From the NCBI GenBank assembly GCA_964057225.1, contig OZ059896.1, forward strand, positions 10,602,001-10,666,000: DNA of 64,000 nt, given 5' to 3'. Each line of letters starts with the position of its first letter. Position 1 is the first letter of the stretch. The position numbers and the translations under genes are program-made. The DNA comes from Auanema rhodensis (taxonomy: Eukaryota > Animalia > Nematoda). Below the pieces are notes generated by a model. It saw only the letters and a program-made list of their open reading frames with translations. It made no database searches and was not told where the DNA came from. Below are positions 27,231-40,134 of this stretch, piece after piece.

Positions 27231-30200
27231 TTATTGTTGCCGCATATCAAGTATGAGGGTATAGGGTCTCGGAATAAGATATTATTTTCGAAAGACAGTG
27301 ATTGTGTTAAGGACAAGCAAGTCATAAAAGAAACTGAACTTTCACAATCGTATAGGGATTTATATAATGGAAGTTCTCTATTTTTTAATTCCCATCTCTC
27401 TTTTTGTCTTGTTGATGGAAGACATGTATATGCACTTAAAAGATTTTTATTATTTAAAAATTCTGTAATCCTGATGTTGTTTCAAAAAGAGAATTATTTT
27501 GTTGGTGGTGGTATGAAACTATGAAATACTTCCAAGTTCTGTTTCATTTTTATAATCTGGTATGCTTGATGGTGAGCATGTTCAATGATATGTTTTTTCT
27601 CAAATAGTGTACTTGAGAGCTTCATCAACATCCTAGTTTTCGTGTTGAAGCATGAGCTTAATGTTTTCTATAGTATATCTATAGTATAGAATTTTATGCG
27701 AATATTGTTTTATTCCCCCTTTCATAGATAATAATGTTTTTTTCATTATTCTGTAATTAAGTAATATAGAATTTTGCAGTTAGTGATCTGGATTCTATTG
27801 AAAATGGAATGCGTCGTAAAAGCCGTTCGCCTTCATTACAATCCATGCGAGCTGGAAGCACATCACCAAGTATTACTGGTTAGCTTGATTTTAGATTACT
27901 TTCGATAGAGACTTATCTCGGGGCAGATCATTTTATTTTTGCATTTCAATGATTAAAAAACTTGTTTTAGACAATTCGGAGCCTACTCTCCAGCCTTATA
28001 AAGCCAGGAGACGTACAGCGACAGCCGACGAACTTCTTTATCCATCACCCGATACTGCTACCCCATCATCAGAAAAAGAGAAAGATGGAAGTGAGGAGAA
28101 ACTACCACAAGAAGAAGAGAAAAAAGAGAAAAAGAAAACGTATGTTCTTGAAATATTATAAATATATAAATATATATATATATTTATTTATTTATGTATA
28201 TATATATATATATATATTTGTTTATTTATTTATATGTTTAAATCAAATCCGACTGTCCTGTCTATGTCTATTTCGTAGATATTGTCTTTGGTCACTTTTC
28301 TACTCGTATTTCCTCTATATTCAGCTTTATGTTGTTTCATGTTAGCTATTCTTCCTGCATTCTCACTAACAGTTTTTTCCCCACTTATTCTTTTGTAAAC
28401 TAACCCAACTAAGCTAATACACATAACCATTGCATATAAGTTTGTCACGTCTTCGTGTTCGTCTGCATGATGATCGGTGTATCTGCATGTTACTTTCATG
28501 TCCCGAAGTCTTCTTCAGACAGTATTTGTCCGTTTAGTGAAGTTCCTGCTTTCTTACCCCCGTCTGCGTCGGCTACGCATCCTCCGGCATTCTCGCGCAA
28601 CACGAGATTCAGAAGCACGTTTGCGGGTACCTCCAATTCTGGACGACCACCAACTGCACCCACTCGTGGCCAAGCTTCTAATCAACGAGGGTAAGGCTCA
28701 CTAGAGCCATTTCTGCTTATATTTTGTCCCTTTTATAATGAAAGCTTGATTTGGTGACGGAGTTTGTGTTCAGCTTATCTCGGATGTCCAGCTACTCTCG
28801 TTTGGCAGCTGTAGCAGAAAGCACAGAAGAACCATCGACCTCAGCCGGTCAATCAGCTTCAGTTACATCACTGCCGTCTTCATCAACAAGAGAACGTGCT
28901 TCAACTCAGGATCAACGATCTGTCTTCGCTCGTTTAATTCCATCATGGTCTCAAGAGGCCAGTCCAAAGACTCTTATCAATCGGTTGGCCTAAGATCTAA
29001 TTTTAAATATTGCTAAGTTTTTATTGTTTTTTTGTGATGTGAGTGGTGTGTGTTTAGATATAATGTTGTTGATGTGAAATCTTCAAAGTCGTCATCGGAT
29101 ATTAGATAATAACTCACTTTGAAAATTGTCTTTTGAATATATTAATCAGCTTAATTATTATTTAACTATAACACATAGTCTGGAGCTGCGTAACTTCTAA
29201 CATAACAAAATTTACACATATTTTTTCTCAGTTTGCACATTTTGTTAGGCGCATCGTATTATGAGATCTTTTAATAATTTCATTTTTTGTTCAAATTTTA
29301 ACTTGAGTCTGTTTTTAAGTTTTCTAATTATTACTCATTCACAGGAAGCAGGGCCGGATAGTATCTGTACGAAATGACCCAGGAACACGAACAAGAGTTG
29401 TTACTCGTACGCATACATTGGAAGGACATTCGAAAGCAATACTATCGTGTGCTGCTACTGAAGATCATCTATTAACAGGATCGAAAGATCGAACAGCAAA
29501 GCTGTGGGATCTATCAACCGGCCAAGAAGTCCGCACTCTTGGTGTACATCCCAATTCAGTCCATTCCGTCAAATTTATCCCTAACTCTCACCTTGCTCTG
29601 TCGATCTCAATGTACCAAGTCAGAGTATGGGATATAAGGTCAGATAACTGTATACGTGTTCTTCATTCTAGTGGGCAAATCATTGATGGTATGCTGAAAA
29701 AAAGAATAAACTAGAAGAACAATTTTGTTTTTCAGGAGATGGTGGTCCAGTAGGTTCTCGTCAAAACACTGTTCCATTCCTGGAAACAGTTATCAATGCA
29801 GCTGAAGTGGATCCATTCGGTCGGCTTCTCTTTACTTCATTTGCTGGCGATGTTCGAATTTGGAATCTAGAGAAATGGGCTTCTTTTGGTCGTTTAGTTG
29901 GTGCATCTCATAGTCCACGGTTAGTTCCTCTTAGAATTGTGAAATCGATAAACAGGATTAAAAAACTACTCTAACAAGCAATTTGGTTGTAAATAGTCAT
30001 TTCCTAAATAAATAGCTCCAACCAATTCAGATCTGAGGTATCTTGTCTTGCTGTAGCCACAGGGGAAGATGAAGCTCCCTTCGTATTCACCGGTTCTCGC
30101 GATCATTATGTAAAGATGTATGAAGTAAACCCTGCTGGTAAGCTTTTAATAATACGGGAATTTATGAATTTTTTCCTTATAGGAGAGGGTGTTCACGAGG

Positions 30201-30817
30201 CTGCTGTTGAATTTTCTCCTCCTCATTATGATAATGTCACTTGCACACTGGCCTATAATGGAAATTTGTTCACCGCAAGCAAAGATTTCGTATGTCAACA
30301 GGAAAGCTTCGCTCTTCCACGTTGTTATATTTTCAGAATATTATGAAATTCTCTCTAACTGATTACAAGAGGGATCATTTGGAATTAAAAACACATAATG
30401 GATATGTACAGGGAATGTGTATGATTGGAGTATGGCTCATTACACATAACCATTGATTCATATTCTTTATTTCAGATTAATTCTGGAAGACCTTTGTTGA
30501 CATCCGTTTGCCGGGAAGGAACAATTAAGTTTTGGGATATTGGAAGCACCAGGCGTATGAAACTTGTTGAAGAGGTCTGTTTATATCTAAAAAGTACAAC
30601 AATCTATTGAAATTATTGCCATAAAAGTTTTATATATATATTAATAAAATACTTTAGATCAGCAAAGCTCATAGTGGTGGAATTAACGGGGTTTGCTGTA
30701 ATAACTATTTGATGTTTACTGCTTCTAGGTATGTAGTATTGTTGCTTTTAAGTGAAAATTTTATTGTTTAGTGATCAAACTGTTGGTTTTTGGAAACTGA
30801 ATATGGAAACTAGTTAA
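14391..30817 (+). CDS. klp-12: Kinesin-4 family motor, KIF21A/B ortholog (motor domain, coiled coil, C-terminal WD40)
   Basis: Multi-exon gene with VQVALRVRP, P-loop [39 protein letters not shown] and [20 protein letters not shown]; long coiled-coil exons; WD40 repeats ([10 protein letters not shown]...[13 protein letters not shown]); stop TAA at 30815-30817. Confidence 0.95.
19115..20612 (-). CDS. Probable nested antisense gene in klp-12 intron; Ser/Arg-rich ~122-aa protein, 3' exons uncertain
   Basis: GC-richer islands bounded by minus-strand splice sites, all phase 0: 20612-20541 ([24 protein letters not shown]), 20197-20099 ([33 protein letters not shown]), 19558-19409 ([50 protein letters not shown]), 19162-19115 ([15 protein letters not shown]). 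TTTCTTCAG acceptor about 80 nt upstream of the ATG. Confidence 0.6.
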
Positions 30818-32018
30818 TTAACTAATAGCATGGCTATATATGAACTTACATTGCATGCATAATTTTAAGAACTTTATTTCTGGATTTTTCAAAACGTGTA
30901 TATTACATTCTAAATTCATACTTGTATATTCTTCTCTTATTATGTTGAACCTTAGGTTTTCACTTTATCAAACCAAAAACTTGTGATTTTATTTTTCCCA
31001 ATCTGTGATTATTTATACTCACTATTTTTTTAGGAATATTGTTTTCTAAATCATGAATATGCAATTCACTTGATTATAACTAACATTTTATGTTTTATGC
31101 ATATATCATAACTGGTAATTGCAATAAATTATTAATATATTTATAAATAACCTTTTATAGTAGTATATTACATATATATATGAATACGTGAAGCGACAGC
31201 AACTTTTTTAAGAAAAAAATCCTTTTTAAGTTATTCAGGGAATTATTTGAAAATATAGACAAAGACTATTGAAAATGTTTTACAAAGGTTTTACATTTGA
31301 AATAATATAACATCTTTTGCAATAAAATATAAATATCTAAATAATAACAAATTATATTAATATGTGAATAAACATAACATGAAAAACATGAAAATGATGT
31401 ATTATATTTTTGAAAAATACATAAATTAAATAATAACCCGACTGATTAGTTGATAACCATTTTGATTGATCTATTATAGTAACTTTAAATAAATACATAT
31501 TATAAATTCAAAAAAGATAAATATTTCTTTAGAAATATTCAAATAAATAATTAATTATATAATATTGTTTCATAATTTGGACATATAGTTCAAAGTAGTT
31601 TCGAGATGCTGGAAATATTTGGAGCTAAGTTTTCTCTTTATAAATATAAATATAGAGAGAAAACTACGGTTCTGCTAAAACAAACTTGAGACACATATTT
31701 CCAAAAATAATTAGGCTACTAAACTATAAGTTCAAATTTAAAAGATAATAATGTTATAAAAGCTATGAACATAGTTTCTGATATGTAAGTAGGATGATAG
31801 ATTGTTCTTTTTCTTCTTTTCAATAATATGCCACTTGAAACATCTTCAGAAAACAAATAAAAAGTGGTTCAGATGAGAATGAAGATATTAGAAAATAATA
31901 TATTTTTCTGTAAAGCAAAATGAATGATATGGCAATGCTGTGTATCACCTTTTAACAAATTTTAGGTCTTTATAAGGGTTGTACTATGGTTTTGGAATAG
32001 AACAGCATATGTCAAGTA

Positions 32019-35000
32019 TTAACTTGAAAGAATATATTTTCCAGTACATAGTTGGCAAAGGGAAAGAAGCTCGGTAGCTAGACAAACGTATGGTTTTTTA
32101 GTTACAGCAATCGGTGATAGAACATCATGCTCATTTGTAGAAATATGACGTCTTACACGAGCAAATCCTTTAAATTTCATCTAAATATATAAAAATATTT
32201 CCGAATTTAATTTTTAATTCTTTAAGAAATATAACGCTTTAAACAAAATACTTACTGATCCAAAATGGCGTTTTATGGTTTGAGACTTATAGCCAATTTC
32301 CAGGAACTCATAGTCATTATTTCTTAAATTTATCATTTAAGAAATTTAAAAATATTATCAAATCTTACATGAACCCATTGTTTGAATTTTTAAGAACTAA
32401 ATTGTTTACAGTATAAACACGAGCATTTGGTCCAAAAGTATCAGTTTCAGCTGATGAATTTTGAAGGCATTCTGTTTGACTTAACGCATTGTCCACTATA
32501 TTATATAATGCTTGGTATTCTATTGTGTTACTAAAATGTTTAAATTGAGAGAAAAAAACTATATTTTACACAAGACTTACTTTGTTAATTCCTTAGAACG
32601 TTCTGTGTTTTCATTCATACATAAACATAAATGCTCAGGAATTCCTTTGCTGGAACAATCGTTGTCCAAAGAAAAATCTTCACTCAATAGGGAAGTTCCA
32701 AAAGAATCTATAATTTAATATTTTTAATATTTGTTGATACAGAGGTTTTCGTTTTTATAATTTTCACAACGAAAATAAACAAACGCGAACCTGTGTTCTG
32801 TACTGATCCTCTTTTTTTTGGCATGATTATATCACCTAATGTTTTATATAAATCCAAATTAGTAATCAATCTGACAAATATTCAATAAAAACTAAAATAA
32901 TATATATTTCACAATACCTATTTGCATTCTGTTCGAAGTAATATGTATCAAAAACACGACGTTTACGAAATGATTTAGGAAGTCGAACGGAAAGGACTGG
33001 ATTTCGAATATTTACAGCTTCATTGAAGTTATTTGGATTTTCGCTAAATATTTTAATTTTTAATAAATAATATTATTAGTTTAGTACTTAATATCATTGG
33101 CACTTATAATTACTGTTACCAGACGTTCATAATCTTCGGTCAACTTTATTTGTTCTAAAGAATACCTGAAATTTCAAAAGAATAAGTTTTTCTTTTTTTA
33201 CAATAAAATCTCGCCTAAGCTTAGCATCAATCATACTCATTTCATGTTTTGATAATTGAGAAAATGAAGTTAGAGTAGTAAATGATATACTGCATTTCGT
33301 ATTTGGAATATGTAGGGTGTTTCTCCAATTTTTAAAAATTTCATCAAAACGATTCTGAAACCACAAATAGTTAAGAGGGAAGATAATATTGTATATATAT
33401 TCAAATAAGTTATAAAACTACCATTCCATTTTTGAAGCATAAACTATCGTTATGAATCTTTTGTAGCTCATAGTGCTCAGAGAAATTAATATCCGGATTA
33501 TAATTAGGGAAAATCTTGCCCGTAAAAGAAGGATCTTCATTTACCACAGTGATACAGCCATTTTCTAAATATATCATAAGCTAACAAGTAGAAATTTACT
33601 TTCTTCACGAAACCTTTTCCAATTTCCAAGACATTCTTAGCATTATTTCCTTTGAAAGAATAAGAAAGACTTTCGATTGCAGTTTCCGAAATCTATGAAG
33701 AATGAATATAGCTTAAAGATTTTTTTTAATTTACAAAAGAACTAATGAAAATTAAGCTAAAAACGAGATGAAGCGAGAAATACAGTTTTTCTCCGATTTT
33801 ATTTTAAGTGAAGCGTCTTATCAAAATTATCAAAATTGTATATTTTATTTCTTAAAATTTACCTGACTAAACATTTTCATCGTAGTAAACTTATTATGAT
33901 TTAGAAAGTTTGTTGTTTCTGGTAAAAGTCTTTTGAATTGTGCTAATGATAGAGAGGGAATAACTAATACAGCCATTGAGATCTTAAAAGTAAAGAATAA
34001 AAATAAAAAATATATTTAAAGCATACTTCTGATTCTTCGTCTGTTATATCATCACTAAGATCAATATCTAAAGATGCTCTCCAATTATAAAAAGAATTTT
34101 CATAAATGATAGAATTATTTGATTTACAATACACTAAAATATTTGTATATTTTATAAAAGTAGATTTGTTCCAATCAATCTTAAAATATATACAGTTATC
34201 TAAATATAAAATTATAATATTACTTCTTCAACTAATCCGAAACTATTATTTTCATCTTTTGATTCACAGAAACATTTTGTTTCATTTGAAAGTTGACTGA
34301 TATCCTCAAAAGAAAATGAAAGTAATGCATCATTGTCAATAGATGCACTCATGGACCAATTACTTGAACAAGTAGAATGCCTATATGATAAAACGAAGAA
34401 AGTTGTTGTTATGTTTAACTTATTCATTACTTATGATCAGATAATAGACGATCCAAGACAGTCAACGGCTCCTCTACTATCGGCCATTTACAGCTGTTTT
34501 CCAATATATGACTTCTTGCTGTTTAGTTATAACATAGTATAGAAGATGTTAAAAAAGTTCTGATACCTGCTGGAGAAGTTTTGTGCTCCCAATAATCTTC
34601 TTCATTACTTGAGAATAGACCAAAAAAATCATTTAGATTGAATAAGGTGAAACATAGAAAGCTCAACGCTAATATTATTATAATACTCTGAAAAACAAAT
34701 AATTTTCCCAATCTTTATTTAATTAATTTTAAAATGTAATCTACTATCTTTCATTTATAGTTTTTTGGAATGAATGGGGAAACATTATAATCCCCCAATG
34801 TACATCGTAAAATCAGGAATTTCGCATTGATTAATAGAATCGAATATATAAAAGAAACGATTTTTTCTAAGTCAAATATAGATTTTGTTTCATTATTGTT
34901 CTATAATAAACTTATTTCACTATATAGAGATTGTTAATTATGGTCTTATACAGTATTAAAAGCAGATAATGTAAAATATGAAACGATTGCTTAAGATATG

Positions 35001-35147
35001 TATTTAACGAATACTTATTAAACTAAGATCTTCATGTGAAAAAAAAATAATTATACTAGTATTCAATAATATAATAAAATCAAAAAATAAACTAACCGAA
35101 TTTTTTTGGATATAATGCTTTATGCTATTTCGAGAATTAATACTCAT
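32019..35147 (-). CDS. DUF229-family (alkaline phosphatase/sulfatase-like) type II membrane protein, catalytic residues degenerate
   Basis: N-terminal TM (IIIILALSFLCFTLF), SCKWP, VLVIPSLSLAQFKRLLPETTNFL, RNPVLSVRLPKSFR...QNANRLITNLDLYKTLGDI and GTSLL...CSSKGIPEHLCLC match DUF229 blocks. The first exon (ATG 35147, MSINSRNSIKHYIQKNS) is less certain. Confidence 0.8.
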
Positions 35148-35697
35148 TATTTTGATGAGACCTGTGGTTTGATAACTGTAATATTAGCACTTAAAACGCT
35201 GAAAAAATGATCTGTAAAAGCGACCAAGTACAATTCAAGGAAGATGAATCTACGACTAAGTTTCAAGATATGGCCCAATTTGCAATTCATGGGCGTACGG
35301 ATCCATCAAATGAATTTCACTTTCTTCTCTTTCCATCTCTATCCCCATCCACACCATCTTCCATCTTGTTTTCTCCACTTTATCCGAATCTTATCCCTGG
35401 CATGGAGTTCGTGGTGTCTGTTTGACGTTAATAGACTTTTTTAGCATTTTCTGATTGTTCAAGAAATGGATAGATATTGGTTTCTCTTAATCAATACAAG
35501 AATTACAGACATTTATGATAAGAGCACTAGCAGTAATAGTATTTCTGCTTAGTTAACAATTGTTGTATTTATGACATAAAAATATTATACAGCTATAAAC
35601 AAAATTATAATTACAACGTGATTATATTATGATGCCACAAAAAATTACAAGCATATACATATTTCCATAGCTTACCCTAGCATACAGAAAAAAGGAA

Positions 35698-36916
35698 TCA
35701 AAAATTAATCGAACGAGTATAGTCATATTCGATTGTTGGTATCACAGCCTAAACAAAAAAAATCAATTGTACAATCAAAAAAGAATACTAACCTGGACAA
35801 ATTTTAAGAACACTAACAAATATTCATGAACTCCTAAATCGCGACCATTCACGGTATACTGATCAATCAAACGCTTCATCATCTTAAAATTACATTTATA
35901 CAAAATTGTTTAAAGCCTTTCGCTTACCTCGGCATGTTTACAAGGATGAATAGTGGCCATATCATAATCTAAGCTTTTATGAGCTTCGATTGTTATGGTT
36001 TTATTTGCATGGTCCTAAAATTAACAACATAGCGGATATTTATTAAAATGAATCAAACCGCAGAAAAATCTTCGTAAGTTTGGTCAATAGTTAGAGGTTT
36101 CCTATTTTCATCGTATCCCGCTAAATAGAGTCGAGGTACTTGATAATACTTATCATAGCAAATGTGTAAATCGTAAGTTCTCGGCTTCTCTACTTCCGCA
36201 ACAGGCTTTGTAGAAGTAGCAACGAATCTAACCGAATTTGATAAAAAAATAAAATAATTTTTATATACCTATTAGGATCTACTTGATCTAATCCACCGGA
36301 TTCCACAAAATCATCAAGATCCATAACAGGTTCGTCGTCATCAGCATTTTCAATGTTAGTCTAAAGGTAAAGCTAGAGGATGTCCTCAATAAGCTTTTAA
36401 GATGAAATACATTTGTTGCAAGGTCGATAGCTTGAGCTTTTCCCGAATTTTCCGCAAAATGATGAGTATCCACCCAACCACTGTCTTCATCACCAGCAAA
36501 CCCATCATCCGCTCCAATTTCATCACCGGAGAGGATCTAATATTAATAAAGTTCAGAAAATAAGTACACCAAAGAAATACATTACCATTTCCTGATTTGG
36601 ATTATATTCCATCTGTCTGCATCTTTTGTGACATGGGACGTTTCTAATTATGAGAAATTGCTTGTCCTCAGGCAAGAAGGGTCGCGTCCTAATTTTATGG
36701 TATGAAACAAAGGTAGAACTCTACTAACCTAGAGGGATCACCAGCTTTAGCCCACTTCCAGGTTGAACATTGATGAACAAGGTGATCTCCAGCAGCAACA
36801 AATTCATCTGGAGTTAGTACGCCTGTTTCACGAAACTTGCTTTCCTTGAGCACAGGTGTTAAAACTTCACCAATTTGCAAAGCGCCACTTTTAATAGTAT
36901 TTATGAGACTTTCCAT
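35698..36916 (-). CDS. atg-3: Autophagy E2-like enzyme ATG3
   Basis: [57 protein letters not shown], catalytic IHPCKHAE, C-terminal [11 protein letters not shown]; TTTAG directly before the ATG. Confidence 0.96.
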
Positions 36917-37212
36917 CTAAATATGATGTAATATATATGATATAATAATATTTAATAAAAGCAGAAAAAAGAAAACAATGATTATAATTTGCAAAGCATG
37001 AAAGCTTGTAAGCAATTTTGAATCAGCTGATTTCTTAATATATGAAGGTGGGGAAATCGTTGCAGGACCATTAAAGAAATTTAAAAATTTGAATTGAGCT
37101 ATATGCATGCTATTATTTCATGGATATGTTTCAATTATATAACAATATATTTATTGCTATTTACCATAATTTAATCAATTAATGTTTTAGAAACAATCAC
37201 ATTCCTCACGAA

Positions 37213-37948
37213 ATGCCTTCTGATAACCCTCCATATGTAATTTTACAGACCAGGTTTTTATTTTTATGTATAGACTGATATTTGGAAAAGTTTTGTTTTA
37301 GTATGGGTAAAATAGCCATCGAATTGTACTGGGATCATGCTCCAAAAACATGTGCTAATTTTGCTGAACTTGCTCGCAGAGGCTATTACAATAATACTAT
37401 TTTCCATCGCGTCATCGCCGATTTCATGATACAAGGAGGAGATCCAACAGGAACAGGTAATTAAAAATCTGAATAGTTTTGAGTTGTTACAAATAGTGAT
37501 CAATTATATATAATCTGATTTTTTGTATTATAATAATATTTAACCTTATTGTTAGGTAGAGGAGGCGCTTCCATCTATGGAGATAGGTTTGCAGATGAAA
37601 TAGACGGTCGTTTAAAACATACTGGTGCAGGTATTATCTCAATGGCAAATGCAGGTAAACTTAGATATTATTTTTTTCATTATTCATATCCTCTCAGGTC
37701 CAAATACTAATGGATCTCAGTTTTTCATTACACTTGCACCTACACAACACCTCGACGGAAAGCATACTATTTTCGGGCGTGTAGCTGCAGGCATTACTGT
37801 AAATTATGATATTTATATACATAAACTATTATATATATTATAGATTGTTCAAAATTTGGGTAAAGTTGATACTGATTCAAGTGATCGGCCAAAAATGGAA
37901 GTTAAGATATTGAAGGCTGTACCATCAGAAGATTCAAGAATTTCTTAA
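37213..37948 (+). CDS. cyn-12: Spliceosomal cyclophilin PPIL1-type peptidyl-prolyl isomerase
   Basis: [54 protein letters not shown]...[43 protein letters not shown]; five exons. Confidence 0.93.
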
Positions 37949-38163
37949 ACAAACTAATTTCAATTAAATATTCTTGTTCATTTTATATTCATGTGTTTAA
38001 CATTTGGTTTATTGTTGTTAACGATATCAATGAATCAGGAATGGAATATGTCGAATCCTAGCATCTTAGTAAATTGTCCTTGGCCCGCCTCCACGTTTGG
38101 CGAATATTTATGGTTCTCCCAAAGCATTATAAATTGAAGAAAAATTATCTGTTGGAAGAAAAC

Positions 38164-38701
38164 ATGAACTATGTTCTTATAGTTTTGTCTAGTGTGGCTT
38201 TTCTGCACACTGCACAGTCCCAATGTAAGATACTTATTTTATATTAAGCACACTCATTTGCTTTTAGATTATTATCAACCTTACGCCTATCAACCTTACA
38301 CCTATCATCCTTACGGCTATCAACCTTATGGCTATCAACAATATGGCTATCAACAACATGGCTTTAATAATCCTGCATGTGCGAATCTTTTAACATTCAT
38401 CTTGAATCCATCATGCCAAAGTTCGAATTTTGGTTTTTTTTTTTTGTTAATTTTTTTTTCAGATGCGAATGGTTATAGTAGTGGAAGTAGTTCAAATAAT
38501 TACAATAGATATCACAGTAGTACGTATCACGATCATGGAAGTCATGAACATGGTCATGATCATGATCATGATCATGGAGGCCGTGGTGGGTCTTCCGGTG
38601 GAGGCGGACGTGGAGGCGGACGAGGTGGAGGCGGACGTGGAGGAGGAGGACGCGGTGGTGGTGGAGGTCGCGGAGGAGGCGGTCGTGGAGGAAAAGGATA
38701 A
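38164..38701 (+). CDS. Secreted low-complexity peptide (136 aa): YQPYG repeats, His/Asp-rich tract, RGG tail
   Basis: Exons 38164-38224, 38268-38378, 38463-38701 in phase. Signal peptide MNYVLIVLSSVAFLHTAQS followed by Q; AATAAA about 90 nt after the stop. Confidence 0.8.
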
Positions 38702-39287
38702 CACAATTAGAAGAATTATCAGACATTTCCGAGCTCACGGAACAAACATATTTATTTTTTTATCATTCCAACTCTTAATTTTTGAAACAAATAAAAATTT
38801 GCTTCCCCTTAACTTCATATCATGTGATAGCATAATTTAAGATCACAAGAACCAAATTGAAAGAACAATTAGTTCCATTCAAGAAAGACCAAACCATACA
38901 TTAACGGTGAATAAAATGTCACATGAACCGTATTTCAATTAACGGAAAAACGAAACTTGTTGAATTTCCAATATCTGAAACCGCAAACTTTAATTTTATG
39001 ATCTCTAAAAAAAGAAAAAACAAGGAATCGCGTGGGTTTGTCAAATACAACGTTCATCATCGCGTATCGTGCAGGTCAATTTTTAACCGCTGAAGAAATC
39101 GAAAGACTTGTAAATTACTTATAGATAGCAAATTGAGTGACACGTCAAGGTATGTTACACTTTAGCATTGCTAAAATTCGCAAAAAATAGCTTTCTATAT
39201 TTTATAATTTGGAGTTGAACCATGTTGCTTCAAAAAATGGTCTAAATAAATAATTGCAAAACGGCTTGTCTGACATCATTCTTATAG

Positions 39288-39699
39288 ATGAAAAATATTT
39301 GGAAATTTGTCAGAGATCAAAAAAACTTGGAAAAACTCTCAGCGATGACCAAGGATCGTTTGGAACAATTTGGTTTCAGTTCATCGAAGATTACAAACTG
39401 CGTAAAAGCAGTAAGCATTCAAATTTATTGCAAACCCTTAGTTGAAGTACTGTACTCAAAAGAGAATACAAAAGTATTTAAACCAATTAAAAAATTCTCG
39501 AAAAAACAATTCTCCCATGTGTATCAAATAATAATATAAAAAGAGGTTTTATATATACTATAAATTAATATTAAATTAAAGACTCAACTCGATAAGGTTA
39601 AGCAAGTTGTGGAGCCACGGAAGTTCAGCTGGTGGGGGAGAAAAAGTATTAACCTTGATGTAATTAATGATTAATTTATGGTTTAGAAGGCAATTTAGT
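39288..39699 (+). CDS. Possible small (~65 aa) basic protein of unknown function
   Basis: Acceptor ATAG then ATG; exons MKNIWKFVRDQKNLEKLSAMTKDRLEQFGFSSSKITNCVKA (GTAAGC donor), TQLDKVKQVVEPRKFSWWGEK and KAI*. No recognisable homology; the 5' and 3' ends are uncertain. Confidence 0.3.
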
Positions 39700-40134
39700 A
39701 TCCAGTTTTAAGAAAGCAACGTTACTGACCATACTGAGTGCTTCTGTTGGTTCAGGTGATAAAAACGAAAGATTCAAAAAAGAAAATATTCGAAAACAAT
39801 TTTTAGTTCTCTACCGTTGGGTAAGAATGCCATTTGTTATTTCTAAACGGATTTTTATGATCGGATTAGTAGGATCATGTTTGTTACCTTGGTATATTTA
39901 TTTTCAACCTGTTTTTCAGTATATCTACAACTAAAATTCAAAGGCAGGCAAACTGAGCATTTAAAGAGGAAGTTGAAAAAACTAGATTCCGTTACCTGGG
40001 AAAAACTACGAGATAAATTCAAGAAAAAATAAGTTATTAAGAACAATCAATGTACAATTAATGAAAATATTCTATCTATTCCTACTATTATCTTTTTTTA
40101 CATACAGACAATTACCAAAATTAATTCGCACATA

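Noticed and set aside
35150-35205. TGATGA...CTGA resembling a C/D snoRNA
   Set aside because: Too short (~50 nt), and the CTGA is better explained as the minus-strand TTTCAG acceptor of the DUF229 gene.
38397-38840. Overlapping ORFs in other frames and strand over the RGG gene
   Set aside because: Shadow ORFs of a GC-rich low-complexity coding exon.
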